A stretch of DNA of 34,552 bases. Origin: Heptranchias perlo (Eukaryota). Location: contig NC_090333.1 of NCBI RefSeq assembly GCF_035084215.1, positions 83,638,001 to 83,672,552 of the forward strand. The letters are read 5' to 3'. The translations under genes and the position numbers were made by a program. This document shows, piece by piece, positions 1-13,496 of the stretch. Within the stretch, counting starts at the first letter, position 1. Each line of letters opens with the position of its first letter. Below the pieces are notes generated by a model. It searched no databases, was not told the origin of the DNA, and was given only the letters and a program-made list of their open reading frames with translations.

Positions 1-3000
1 ATGTGGAGGGGGTACAAGTGAGTGTTTTATATGGGGAGGGGGTACAAGTGAATGTTTTATATGGGGAGGGTGTATACGTGATTGTTTTGTATGGGGAGGG
101 GGTACAAGTGAGTGTTTTAAATGGGGAGGGGGTACAAGTGAGTGTTTTTTATGTGGAGGGGGTACAAGTGAGTGTTTTATATGGGGAGGGGATACAAGTG
201 AGTGTTTTTTATGTGGAGGGGGTACAAGTGAATGTTTTATATGGGGAGGGGGTACAAGTGATTGTTTTATCTGGGGAGGGGGTACAAGTGAGTGTTTTAA
301 ATGGGGAGGGGTATAAGTGAGTCTTTTATATGGGGAGGGGGTACAAGTGAGTGTTTTATATGGGGAGGGGTATAAGTGAGTGTTTTATATGGGGAGGGGG
401 TACAAGTGAGTGTTTTATATGTGGAGGCGGTACAAGTGAGTGTTTTATATGGGGAGGGGGTACAAGTGAGTGTTTTAAATGGGGAGGGGGTACACGTGAG
501 TGTTTTTTATGTGGAGGGGGTACAAGTGAGTGTTTTATATGGGGTGGGGGTACAAGTGAATGTTTTATATGGGGAGGGGGTACAAGTGAGTGTTTTATAT
601 GGGGAGGGGGTACAAGTGAGTGTTTTAAATGGGGAGGGGGTACACGTGAGTGTTTTTTATGTGGAGAGGGTACAAGTGAGTGTTTTATATGGGGTGGGGG
701 TACAAGTGAGTGTTTTATATGGGGAGGGGGTACACGTGATTGTTTTGTATGGGGAGGGGGTACGAGTGAGTGTTTTATATGGGGAGGGGTATAAGTGAGT
801 GTTTTATATGGGGAGGGGGTAAAAGTGAGTGTTTTATATGGGTAGGGGGTACAAGTGATTGTTTTATATGGGGAGGGGGTACAAGTGAGTGTTTTTTCAG
901 GGGAGGGGTAGAAGTGATTGTTTTATATGGGGAGGGGGGACAAGAAAGTGTTTTATATGGGGAGGGGGTACAAGTGAGTGTTTTATATGGGGAGGGGGTA
1001 CAAGTGAGTGTTTTATATGGGGAGGGGGGACAAGTGAGTGTTTTAAATGGGAGGGGGTACAATTGATTGTTTTATATGGGGAGGGGTACAAGTGAGTGTT
1101 TTGTATGGGGAGGGAGTACAAGTGAGTGTTTTATATGGGGAGGGGGTCCAAGTGAGTGTTTTATAAGGGTAGGGGGTACACGTGAGTGTTTTATATGGGG
1201 AGGGGATAGAAGTGTGTGTTTTATATGTGGAGGGGGTCCAAGTGAGTGTTTTTTATGGAGAGGTGGTCCAAGTGAGTGTTTTATATGGGGAGGGGTACAA
1301 GTGAGTGTTTTATGTGGGGAGGGGGTACAAGTGAGTCTTTTATATGGGGAGGGGTACAAGTGAGTGTTTTATATGGGGAGGGGTACAAGTGAGTGTTTTA
1401 TTTGGGGAGGGGGTACAAGTGAGTGTTCTATATGGGGAGGGGGTACAAGTGAGTGTTTTATATGTGGGGGAACAAGTGAGTGTTTTATATGGGGAGGGGT
1501 ACAAGTGAGTGTTTTATTTGGGGAGGGGGTACAAGTGAGTGTTTTATACGGGGAGGGGGTACAAGTGAGTGTTTTATATGGGGAGGGGGTACAAGTGAGT
1601 GTTTTATACGGGGAGGGGGTACAAGTGAGTGTTTTATACGGGTAGGGGGTACAAGTGAGTGTTTTATATGGGTGGGTACAAGTGAGTGTTTTATATGGGG
1701 AGGGGAAACAAGTTAGTGTTTTATATGGGGAGGGGGGACAAGTGAGTGTTTTTTATGGGGAGGTGGTCCAAGTGAGTGTTTTATATGGGGAGGGGGTACA
1801 AGTAGTGTTTTATATTGGGGAGGGGTACAAGTAGTGTTTTATATGGGGAGGGGTACAAGTGAGTGTTTTATATGGGGAGGGGGGACAATGAGTATTTTAT
1901 ATGGGGAGGGGGTACAAGTAGTGTTTTATATGGGGAGGGGTACAAGTGAGTGTTTTATATGGGGAGGGGGTACTAGTGAGTGTTTTTTATGGGGAGGGGG
2001 TACAAGTGAGTGTTTTATTTGGGGAGGGGGTACAAGTAGTGTTTTATATGGGGAGGGGTACAAGTGAGTGTTTTATATGGGGAGGGGGTACAAGTAGTGT
2101 TTTATATGGGGAGGGGTACAAGTGAGTGTTTTATATGGGGAGGGGTACAAGTGAGTTTTTTATAAGGGGAGGGGGTACTAGTGAGTGTTTTTTATGGGGA
2201 GGGGGTACACGTGATTGTTTTGTATGGGGTGGGGGTACAGATGAGTGTTTTATATGGGGAGGGGTACAAGTGAGTGTTTTATATGGGGACGGGGTACAAG
2301 TGAGTGTTTTATATGTGGAGGGGGTACAAGTGATTGTTTTATATGGGGAGGGGGTACAAGTGAGTGTTTTATGTGGGGAGGGGGTACAAGTGAGTGTTTT
2401 TTATGGGGAGGGGTTTCAAGTGAGTGTTTTATATGGGGAGGGGGTACAAGTGAGTGTTTTATATGGGGAGGGGGTACAAGTGATTGTTTTACATGGGGAG
2501 GGGGTACAAGTGAGTGTTTTATACGGGGAGGGGTAGAAGTGAGTGTTTTATATGGGGAGGGGGGACAAGTGAGTGTTTTATATGGGGTGGGGTTACAAGT
2601 GAGTGTTTTATATGGGGAGGGGGTACAAGTGAGTGTTTTATATGGGGAGGTGGTACAAGTGAGTGTTTTAAATGGGAGGGGGTACAATTGATTGTTTTAT
2701 ATGGGGAGGGGTAAAAGTGAGTGTTTTATATGGAGAGGGGGTACAATTGAGTGTTTTATTTGGGGAGGGGGACAAGTGAGTGTTTTATTTGGGGAGGGGG
2801 TACAATTGAGTGTTTTATTTGGGGAGGGGGACAAGTGAGTGTTTTATATGCGGAGGGGTACAAGTGAGTGTTTTATATGGGGAGGGGGTACAAGTGATTG
2901 TTTTATATGGGGAGGGGGTACAAGTGAGTGTTTTATTTGGGGAGGGGGTACAAGTGAGTGTTTTATATGGGGAGGGGGTACAAGTGAGTGTTTTATATGA

Positions 3001-6000
3001 GGAGGGTGTACAAGTGATTGTTTTATATGGGGAGGGGGTTCAAGTGAGTGTTTTATATGGGGAGGGGGTGCAAGTGAGTGTTTTTTATGGGGAGGGTTTA
3101 CAAGTGAGTGTTTTATATGGGTTGGGGGTACAAGTGAGTGTTTTATATGGTGAGGGGTACAAGTGAGTGTTTTATATGGGGAGGGGGTACAAGTGAGTGT
3201 TTTATATGGTGAGGGGTACAAGTGAATGTTTTATATGGGGGGTACAAGTGAGTGTTTAATATTGGGACGGGGACCAGTGAGTGATTTATATGGGGAGGGG
3301 GTACAAATGATTGTTTTATATGGGGAGGGGGGACAAATAAGTGTTTTATATGGGGAGGGGGTACAAGTGAGTGTTTTATATGGGATGGGGTACAAGTGAG
3401 TGTTTTATATGGGGAGGGGCTACAAGTGAGTGTTTTATATGGGGAGGGGGTACAAGTGATTGTTTTATATGGGGAGGGGCTACAAGTGAGTGTTTTATAT
3501 GTGGAGGGGCTACAAGTGAGTGTTTTATATGGGTGGGTGCAAGTGAGTGTTTTATATGGGGAGGGGATACAAGTTAGTGTTTAATATGGGGAGGGGGGAC
3601 AAGTGAGTGTTTTATATGGGGAGGGGTACAAGTGAGTTTTTTATAAGGCAAGGGGGGACTAGTGAGTGTTTTTTATGGGGAGGTGGTCCAAGTGAGTGTT
3701 TTATATGGGGAGGGGTACAAGTGAGTGTTTTATGTGGGGAGGGGGTACAAGTGAGTGTTTTATATGTGGAGGGGGAACAAGTAAGTGTTTTATCTGGGGA
3801 GGGGTACAAGTGAGTGTTTTATATGGGGAGGGGGTACAAGTGAGTGTTTTATATGGGGAGGGGGGACAAGTAGTGTTTTATATGTGGGGGTACAAGTGAG
3901 TGTTTTATATGGGGAGGGGGTACAAGTGAGTGTTTTATATATGGATGGGGAACAAGTAAGTGTTTTATCTGGGGAGGGGTACAAGTGAGTGTTTTATATG
4001 GGGAGGGGCTACAAGTGAGTGTTTTATATGGGTGGGTGCAAGTGAGTGTTTTTATGGGGAGGGGATACAAGTTAGTGTTTTATATGGGGAGGGGGGACAA
4101 GTGAGTGTTTTATATGGGGAGGGGTACAAGTGAGTTTTTTATAAGGCAAGGGGGTACTAGTGAGTGTTTTTTATGGGGAGGTGGTCCAAGTGAGTGTTTT
4201 ATATGGGGACGGGGTACAAGTGAGTGTTTTATATGTGGAGGGGGTACAAGTGATTGTTTTATATGGGGAGGGGGTACAAGTGAGTGTTTTATGTGGGGAG
4301 GGGGTGCAAGTGAGTGTTTTTTATGGGGAGGGGTTTCAAGTGAGTGTTTTATATGGGGAGGGGGTACAAGTGAGTGTTTTATATGGGGAGGGGGTACAAG
4401 TGATTGTTTTACATGGGGAGGGGGTACAAGTGAGTGTTTTATATGGGGAGGGGTAAAAGTGAGTGTTTTAAATGGGAGGGGGGACAATTGATTGTTTTAT
4501 ATGGGGAGGGGTAAAAGTGAGTGTTTTATATGGAGAGGGGGTACAATTGAGTGTTTTATTTGGGGAGGGAGACAAGTGAGTGTTTTATTTGGGGAGGGGG
4601 TACAATTGAGTGTTTTATTTGGGGAGGGGGACATGTGAGTGTTTTATATGGGGAGGGGTACAAGTGAGTGTTTTATATGGGGAGGGGGTACAAGTGATTG
4701 TTTTATATGGGGAGGGGGTACAAGTGAGTGTTTTATTTGGGGAGGGGGTACAAGTGAGTGTTTTATATGGGGAGGGGGTACAAGTGAGTGTTTTACTTGG
4801 GGAGGGGGTACAAGTGAGTGTTTTATATGAGGAGGGTGTACAAGTGATTGTTTTATATGGGGAGGGGGTTCAAGTGAGTGTTTTATATGGGGAGGGGGTG
4901 CAAGTGAGTGTTTTATATGTGGGGGTACAAGTGAGTGTTTTATATGGGGAGGGGTACAAGTGAGTGTTTTATATGGGGAGGGGGTACAAGTGAATGTTTT
5001 ATATGGGGAGGGGGGACAAATGAGTGTTTTATATGGGGAGGGGGTACAAGTGAGTGTTTTATATGGGATGGGGACCAGTGAGTGATTTATATGGGGAGGG
5101 GGTACAAATGATTGTTTTATATGGGGAGGGGGGACAAATGAGTGTTTTATATGGGGAGGGGGGACAAATGAGTGTTTTATATGGGGAGGGGGTACAAGTG
5201 AGTGTTTTATATGGGATGGGGTACAAGTGAGTGTTTTATATGGGGAGTGGCTACAAGTGAGTGTTTTATATGGGGAGGGGATAAAAGTGAGTGTTTTATG
5301 TGTGGGGGTACAAGTGAGTGTTTTATATGGGGAGGGTGCACAAGTGAGTGTTTTATATGGGGAGGGGGGACAAATGAGTGTTTTATATGGGGAGGGGATA
5401 CAAGTGAGTGTTTTATATGGGGAGGGGGGACAAGTGAGTGTTTTATGTGAGGAGGGGTACAAGTGAGTTTTTTATAAGGCAAGGGGGTACTAGTGAGTGT
5501 TTTTTATGGGGAGGTGGTCCAAGTGAGTGTTTTATATGGGGAGGGGTACAAGTGAGTGTTTTATGTGGGGAGGGGGTACAAGTGAGTGTTTTATATGTGG
5601 AGGGGGTACAAGTCGTGTTTTATATGGGGAGGGGTACAAGTGAGTGTTTTCTATGGGGAGGGGGTACAAGTGAGTGTTTTATATGGGGTGGGGGGACAAG
5701 TAGTGTTTTATATGTGGGGGTACAACTGAGTGTTTTATATGGGGAGGGGGTACAAGTAAGTGTTTTATCTGGGGAGGGGTACAAGTGAGTGTTTTGTATG
5801 GGGAGGGGGTACAAGTGAGTGTTTTATCTGGGGAGGGGGTACAAGTGAGTGTTTTATATGGGGAGGGAGTACAAGTGAGTGTTTTATATGGGGAGGGGTA
5901 CAAGTGAGTGTTTTATATGGGGAGGGTGTACAAGTGAGTGTTTTATATGGGGAGGGGATACACGTGAATGTTCAAAATGGGGAGGGTTACAAGTGAGTGT

Positions 6001-9000
6001 TTTATTTGGGGAGGGGGGACAAGTAGTGTTTTATATGGGGAGGGGTACAAGTGAGTGTTTTGTATGGCGAGGGGTACAAGTGAGTGTTTTATATGTGGGG
6101 GTACAAGTGAGTGTTTTATCTGGGGAGGGGGTACAAGTGAGTGTTTTATATGGGGAGGGGGTAGAAGTGAGTGTTTTATATGGGGAGGGGGTACAAGTGA
6201 GTGTTTTATATGGGGAGGGGGTAGAAGTGAGTGTTTTATATGGGGAGGGGGTGCAAGTGAGTGTTTTATATGGGGAGGGGGTACAAGTGAGTGTTTTATA
6301 TGGGGAGGGGTTACAAGTGAGTGTTTTATATGGGGAGGGGGTACAAGTGAGTGTTTTTTATGGGGAGGGGTACCAATGAGTGTTTTTTATGGGGAGGTGG
6401 TCCAAGTGAGTGTTTTACATGGGGAGGGGGTATAAGTGAGTGTTTTATATGGGGAGGGGGTGCAAGTGAGTGTTTTATATGGGGAGGGGGTACAAGTGAG
6501 TGTTTTTTATGGGGAGGGGTACCAGTGAGTGTTTTTTATGGGGAGGTGGTCCAAGTGAGTGTTTTACATGGGGAGGGGGTACAAGTGAGTGTTTTATATG
6601 GGGAGGGGTTACAAGTGAGTGTTTTATATGGGGAGGGGTACAAGTGATTGTTTTATATGGGGAGGTGGTACAAGTGAGTGTTTTATATGGGGAGGGGGTA
6701 CATGTGAGTGTTTTCAATGGGGAGTGGTTACAAGTGAGTGTTTTATATGGGGAGGGGGTACAAGTGAGTGTTTTATATAGGGAGGGGATACAAGTGAGTG
6801 TTTTATATGGGGAGTGGGTACAAGTAGTGTTTTATATGGGGAGGGGTACAAGTGAGTGTTTTATATATGGATGGGGAACAAGTGAGTGTTTTATATGGGG
6901 AGAGGGTACAAGTGAGTGTTTTATATGGGGAGGGGATACAGGTGAATGTTCAAAATGGGGAGGGGGTACAAGTGAGTGTTTTATATTGGGAGGGGTACAA
7001 GTGAGTGTTTTATATGGGGAGGGGGTACAAGTAGTGTTTTATATGGGGAGGGGTACAAGTGAGTGTTTTATATGGGATGGGGTACAAGTGAGTGTTTTAT
7101 ATGGGGAGGGGGTACAAGTGAGTGTTTTATCTGGGGAGGGGGTACAAATGAGTGTTCTATATGGGGAGGGGGTACAAGTGAGTGTTTTATATGGGGAGGG
7201 GGTACAAGTAGAGTTTTATATGGGGAGGGGTACAAGTGAGTGTTTCATATGGGGATGTGGTACAAGTGAGTGTTTTATATATGGATGGGGAACAAGTGAG
7301 TGTTTTATATGGGGAGAGGGTACAAGTGAGTGTTTTATATTGGGAGGGGGTACAAGTGAGTGTTTTATATGGGGAGGGGGTACAAGTAGTGTTTTATATG
7401 GGGAGGGGGTACAAATGAGTGTTTTATATGGGGAGGGGTACAAGTGAGTGTTTTATATGGGGAGGGGTTACAAGTGAGTGTTTTATATGGGGAGTGGGTC
7501 CAAGTGAGTGTTCTATATGTGGAGGGGGTACAAGTACTGTTTTATATGGGGAGGGGTACAATTGAGTGTTTTATATGGGGAGGGGGGACACGTGATTGTT
7601 TTTCTGGGGAGGGGGTACACGTGAGTGTTTTATTTGGGGAGGTGGTACAAGTGAGTGTTTTATTTGGGGAGGGGGTACACGTGAATGTTTTATATGGGGA
7701 GGGGGTACAAGTGAGTGTTTTATATTGGGAGGGGGTACAAGTGAGTGTTTTATATGGGGAGGGGGGACAAGTAGTGTTTTATATGGGGAGGGGGTACAAG
7801 TGAGTGTTCTATATGGGGATGGGGTACAAGTGAGTGTTTTATATGGGGAGGGGTACAAGTGAGTGTTTTATATGGGGAGGGGATACACGTGAATGTTCAA
7901 AATGGGGAGGTGGTACAAGTGAATGTTTTATATTGGGAGGGGGTACAAGTGAGTGTTTTATATGGGGAGGGGCGACAAGTAGTGTTTTATATGGGGAGGG
8001 GGGACAAGTGAGTGTTTTGTCTGGGGAGGGGTACAAGTGAGTGTTTTATATGGGGAGGGGGTACAAGTGAGTGTTCTATATGTGGACGGGGTACAAGTAG
8101 TGTTTTATATAGGGAGGGGTACAATTGAGTGATTTATATGGGGAGGGGTACAAGTGACTGTTTAATATGGTGAGGGGGTACAAGTGAGTGTTTTATATGG
8201 GGAGGGGGTACACGTGATTGTTTTATATGGGGAGGGGGTACAAGTGAGTGTTTTATATGGGGAGGGGGTACACGTGATTGTTTTTCTGGGGAGGGGGTAC
8301 ACATGAGTATTTTAATTGAGGAGGGGGTACACGTGAATGTTTTATATGGGGAGGGGGTAAATGTGAGTGTTTTATATGGGGAGGGGTACAAGTGAGTGTA
8401 TTATATGGGGAGGGGGTACAAGTGATTGTTTTATTTGGGGAGGGGGTACAAGTGAGTGTTTTATATGGGGAAGGGGGAAACATGTGAGTGTTTTATATAG
8501 GGAGGGGGTACAAGTGAGTATTTTATATGGGGAGGGGGTACGAGAGATTGTTTTTTCTGGGGAGTGGGTACAAGTGAGTGTTTTATATGGGGAGGGGGTT
8601 CAAGTGAGTGTTTTATATGGGGAGGGGCTACATGTGAGTGTTTTATATGGGGAGGGGGTACAAGTGAGTGTTTTATATGGGGAGGGGGTACATGTGATTG
8701 TTTAATATTGGGAGGGTGTGCAAGTGAGTGTTTTATATGGGGAGGGGGTACAAGTGAGTGTTTTATATGGGGAGGGGGTACAAGTGAGTGTTTTATATGG
8801 GGAGGGGGTACAAGTGAGTGTTTTATATGGGGAGGGGGTACAAGTGAGTATTTTGTATGGGGAGGGGGTACAAGTGAGTGTTCAATATGGATGAGGGGGT
8901 ACTAGAGATTGTTTTATTTGGGGAGTGGGTACAAGTGGGTGTTTTATATGGGGAGGGGGTACATGTGAGTGTTTTATATTGGGAGGGGTACAAGTGAGTG

Positions 9001-9733
9001 TTTTATAATGGGAGAGGGTACACGTGATTGTTTTATATGGGGAGGGGGTACAAGTGAGTGTTTTATATGGGGAGGGGGTGCAAGTGAGTGTTTTATATGT
9101 GGAGGGGGTACAAGTCAGTGTTTTATATGGGGAGGGGGTACAAGTGATTGTTTTATATGGGGAGGGGGTACAAGTGAGTGTTTTATATGGGGAGGGGGTA
9201 CAAGTGATTGTTTTATATGGGGAGGGGGTACAAGTGATTGTTTCATATGGGGAGGGGGTACAAGTGAGTGTTTTATATGGGGAGGGGGTACAAGTGATTG
9301 TTTTATATGGGGAGGGGGTACAAGTGAGTGTTTTATATGGGGAGGGGGTACAAATGATTGTTTTATATGGGGAGTGGGTACAAGTGAGTGTTTTATATGG
9401 GAAGGGGGTACATGTGAGTGTTTTATATGGGGAGGGGGTACAAGTGAGTGTTTTATATGGGGAGGGGGTACAAGTGATTGTTTTATATGGGGAGGGGGTA
9501 CAAGTGAGTGTTTTATATGGGGAGGGGGTACAATTGAGTGTTTTATATGGGGAGGGGGTACAAGTGATTGTTTTATATGGGGAGGGGGTACAAGTGAGTG
9601 TTTTATATGGGGAGGAGGTACAAGTGATTGTTTTATATGGGGAGGGGGTACAAGTGATTGTTTTGTACGGGGAGGGGGTACAAGTGATTGTTTTATATAG
9701 GGAGGGGGTACAAGTGATTGTTTTGTACGGGGA
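1..9733 (+). repeat. ~30-bp minisatellite, consensus ATGGGGAGGGGGTACAAGTGAGTGTTTTAT (~325 copies; 27-29-bp deletion variants common; runs off the window start)
   Basis: Directly visible tandem periodicity; translates to repetitive 10-aa peptides (GEGVQVSVLY / WGGGTSECFI). Confidence 0.98.
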
Positions 9734-9829
9734 GTGTATTTCATACAAGACATGAGGTGTGATTTTGTTGTACAAGAGTACGTATGTTTTATAAATGGGC
9801 ATAACACACTCACACTCACATTCACTCAA

Positions 9830-10554
9830 GGGTGTGACTGAGTTATATGAGAGTGTGAGTGTTATTTATGAGGGTGTGAGTGTCTTATATGAGGGTTTGA
9901 ATTTGTTATGTCGGGGTATGAGTGTGTTATACGGGGGTGTGAGTTTGTCACATCGGTTTGTTAGAGTTTATATGGGGGTGTGAGTGTGTTTTATGGGGGT
10001 GTGAGTGTGTTATACTGGGTGTGTGTGTTTTGTACGAGGTGTGAGTGTTTTATACTGGGGTGTGTGTCTTTTATCCTGGGTGTGTGTGATTTATACGGGG
10101 TGTGAGTGTTTTGTACGAGGTGTGAGTGTTTTATACTGGGTGTGAGTGTTTTATACTGGGTGTGAGTGTTTTATACGGGGTGTGAGTGTTTTATACTGGG
10201 TGTGTGTGTTTTATACGGGGTGTGAGTGTTTTATACGGGCTGTGAGTGTTTTATACTGGGTGTGTGTGTTTTATATGGTGTGTGAGTGTTTTATGCTGGG
10301 GTGTGAGTGTTTTATACGTGGTGTGAGTGTTTTATACTGGGGTGTGAGTGTTTTAAACTGGGTTGTGTTTGTTTTATACGGGGTGTGAGTGTTTTATACT
10401 GGGGTGTGTGTGTTTTATTCGGGGTGTGAGTGTTTTATACTGGGTGTGAGTGTTTTATACTTTGTGTGAGTGTTTTATACGGGGTGTGAGTGTATTATAC
10501 TGGGGTGTGAGTGTTTTATACGGGGTGTGAGTGTATTATACTGGGGTGTGAGTG
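9830..10554 (+). repeat. 20/21-bp minisatellite, left arm (consensus C(T)GGGGTGTGAGTGTTTTATA), degenerate at 9830-10010
   Basis: Tandem units visible; same unit as the array right of the LINE. Confidence 0.95.
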
Positions 10555-10569
10555 TTTTTTTTTATTCGT

Positions 10570-13496
10570 TCACGGGATGTGGGCGTCGCTGGCGAGGCCA
10601 GCATTTATTGCCCATCCCGAATTGCCCTTGAGAAGGTGGTGGTGAGCCGCCTTCTTGAACCGCTGCAGTCCGTGTGGTGACGGTTCTCCCACAGTGCTGT
10701 TAGGAAGGGAGTTCCAGGATTTTGACCCAGCGACAATGAAGGAACGGCGATATATTTCCAAGTCGGGATGGTGTGTGACTTGGAGGGGAACGTGCAGGTG
10801 GTGTTGTTCCCATGTGCCTGCTGCTCTTGTCCTTCTAGGTGGTAGAGGTCGCTGGTTTTGGAGGTGCTGTCGAAGAAGCCTTGGCGAGTTGCTGCAGTGC
10901 ATCCTGTGGATGGTACACACTGCAGCCACAGTGCGCCGGTGGTGATGGGAGTGAATGTTTAGGGTGGTGGATGGGGTGCCAATCAAGCGGGCTGTTTTAT
11001 CTTGGATGGTGTCGAGCTTCTTGAGTGTTGTTGGAGCTGCACTCATCCAGGCAAGTGGAGAGTATTCCATCACACTCCTGACTTGTGCCTTGTAGATGGT
11101 AGAAAGGCTTTGGGGAGTCAGGAGGTGAGTCACTCGCCGCAGAATACCCAGCCTCTGACCTGCTCTTGTAGCCACAGTATTTATATGGCTGGTCCAGTTA
11201 AGTTTCTGGTCAATGGTGACCCCCAGGATGTTGATGGTGGGGGATTCGGTGATGGTAATGCCGTTGAATGTCAAGGGGAGGTGGTTGGACTCTCTCTTGT
11301 TGGAGATGGTCATTGCCTGGCACTTATCTGGCGCGAATGTTACTTGCCACTTATGAGCCCAAGCCTGGATGTTGTCCAGGTCTTGCTGCATGCGGGCTCG
11401 GATTGCTTCATTATTTGAGGGGTTGCGAATGGAACTGAACACTGTGCAGTCATCAGCGAACATCCCCATTTCTGACCTTATGATGGAGGGAAGGTCATTG
11501 ATGAAGCAGCTGAAGATGGTTGGGCCTAGGACACTGCCCTGAGGAACTCCTGCAGCAATGTCCTGAGGCTGAGATGATTGGCCTCCAACAACCACTACCA
11601 TCTTCCTTTGTGCTGGGTATGACTCCAGCCACTGGAGAGTTTTCCCACTGATTCCCATTGACTTCAATTTTACGAGGGCTCCTTGGTGCCACACTCGGTC
11701 AAATGCTGCCTTGATGTCAAGGGCAGTCACTCTCACCTCACCTCTGGAATTCAGCACTTTTGTCCATGTTTGGAACAAGGCTGTAATGAGGTCTGGAGCC
11801 GAGTGGTCCTGGCGGAACCCAAACTGAGCAGGTTGTTGGTGAGTAAGTGCCGCTTGATAGCACTGTCGACGACACCTTCCATCACTTTGCTGATGATTGA
11901 GAGTAGACTGATGGGGCGGTAATTGGCCGGATTGGATTTGTCCTGCTTTTTGTGGACAGAACATACCTGGGTAATTTTCCACATTGTCGGGTGGATGCCA
12001 GTGTTGTAGCTGTACTGGAACAGCTTGGCTGGAGGCGCAGACTAGTTCTGGAGCACAAGTCTTCAGCACGACAGCTGGGATGTTGTCGGGGCCCATAGCC
12101 TTTGCTGTATCCAGTGCACTCAGCCATTTCTTGATATCACGTGGAGTGAATCGAATTGGCTGAAGTCTGGCTTCTGTGATGGTGGGGATATCGGGAGGAG
12201 GCCAAGATGGATCATCCACTCGGCACTTCTGGCTGAAGATGGTTGCAAACGCTTCAGCCTTGTCTTTTGCACTCACCTGCTGGACTCCGCCATCATTGAG
12301 GATGGGGATGTTTGCAGAGCCTCCTCCTCCCGCTCGTTGTTGAATTGTCCACCACCATTCACGACTGGATGTGGCAGGACTGCAGAGCTTTGATCTGATC
12401 CGTTGGTTGTGGAATCGCTTCGCTCTGTCCATAGCATGTTGCTTCCGCTTTTTAGCATGCATGTAGTCGTGAGTTGTAGCTTCACCAGGTTGGCACCTCA
12501 TTTTTAGGTACGCCTGGTGCTGCTCCTGGCATGCTCTTCTGCACTCACTGATCGAACCAGGGTTGATCCGCTGGCTTGTTGGTAATGGTAGAGTGAGGAA
12601 TATGCCGGGCCATGAGGTTACAGATTGTGCTGGAATACAATTCTGCTGCTGATGGCCCACAGCGCCTCATGGATGCCCAGTTTTGAGCTGCTGGATCCAT
12701 TCTGAATCTATCCCATTTAACACGGTGGTCGTGCCACACAACACGTTGGATGGTGTCCTCAGTGCGAAGACAGGACTTCATCTCCACGAGGACTGTGCAG
12801 TGGTCACTCCTACCAATACTGTCATGAACAGATGCATTTGCGACAGGTAGATTGGTGAGGACGAGGTCAAGTAAGTTTTTCCCTCGTGTTGGTTCGCTCA
12901 CCACCTGCCGCAGGCCCAGTCTCGCAGCTATGTCCTTCAGGACTCGGCCAGCTCGGTCAGTATGCTGCCGAGCCATTCTTGGTGATGGACATTGAAGTCC
13001 CCCACCCAGACTACATTCTGTGCCCTTGCTACCCTCAGTGCTTCTCAACATGGAGGAGGACTGATTCATCAGCTGAGGGAGTGCGGTAGGTGGTAACCAG
13101 CAGGAGGTTTCCTTGCCCATGTTTGACCTGATGCCATGAGATTTCATGGGGTCCAGAGTCAATGTTGAGGACTCCCAGGGCCACTCCCTCCTTACTGTAT
13201 ATCACTGTACCACCACCTCTGGTGGGTCTGTCCTGCCGGTGGGACAGGACATACCCAGGGATGGTGATGGAATAGTCTGGGACGTTGGCTGAAAGATATG
13301 ATTCTGTGAGTATGGCGAGGTCAGGCTGTTGCTTGACGAGTCTGTGGGACAGTTCTCCCAATTTTGGCACAAGTCCCCAGATGTTCGTAAGGAGGACCTT
13401 GCACGGTCGACTGGGCTTGGTGTTTTGCCGTTGTCGTGTCCGGTGCCTGGTGGTCCGTCCGGTTTTATTCTTATTGTGACTTTTCGCAGCGACATT
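10570..13496 (-). pseudogene. Disrupted single EN-RT ORF of the LINE (frame changes near ~13040, ~12962, ~12550, ~12040, ~11828)
   Basis: Conserved motifs are distributed over ORFs 13035-13370, an unlisted frame carrying QNVVWVGDFNVHHQEWLGS (~12965-13020), 12545-13162, 10570-12660 and 11751-11984. The EN frame is open upstream to a TAA at ~13497-13499 with no ATG. Confidence 0.88.
10573..10619 (-). other. 3'-terminal nested stem-loop of the LINE (candidate RT-recognition structure)
   Basis: Inner hairpin, sense GCTGGC-CTC-GCCAGC (10588-10602); outer stem 10573-10584 pairs with 10610-10619 (2-nt bulge). Sense AATAAA at 10604-10609 and 10561-10566. 3' stem-loops are established for L2/CR1-type LINEs such as UnaL2 and ZfL2. 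Confidence 0.7.

Noticed and set aside
3-9829. Long repetitive ORFs (up to 315 aa; GEGVQVSVLY, WGGGTSECFI, extensin-like PSPYKTLTC)
   Set aside because: They result from a 30-bp unit that is stop-free in several frames; frequent 29-bp units break the frame, and ORFs occur on both strands with no unique domains.
10570-10619. ORF running almost into the poly(A) tail (no 3' UTR)
   Set aside because: The TCG codon at 10617-10619 is one change from TAG, just before the stem-loop; probably a mutated stop in this copy. Needs a consensus to decide.
10570-12660. 696-aa ORF as an intact RT gene
   Set aside because: Its N-terminus (12550-12660) and the segment ~11828-12040 are out of the conserved frame (YRPISLL lies in ORF 11751-11984); compensating frameshifts create the apparent ORF.
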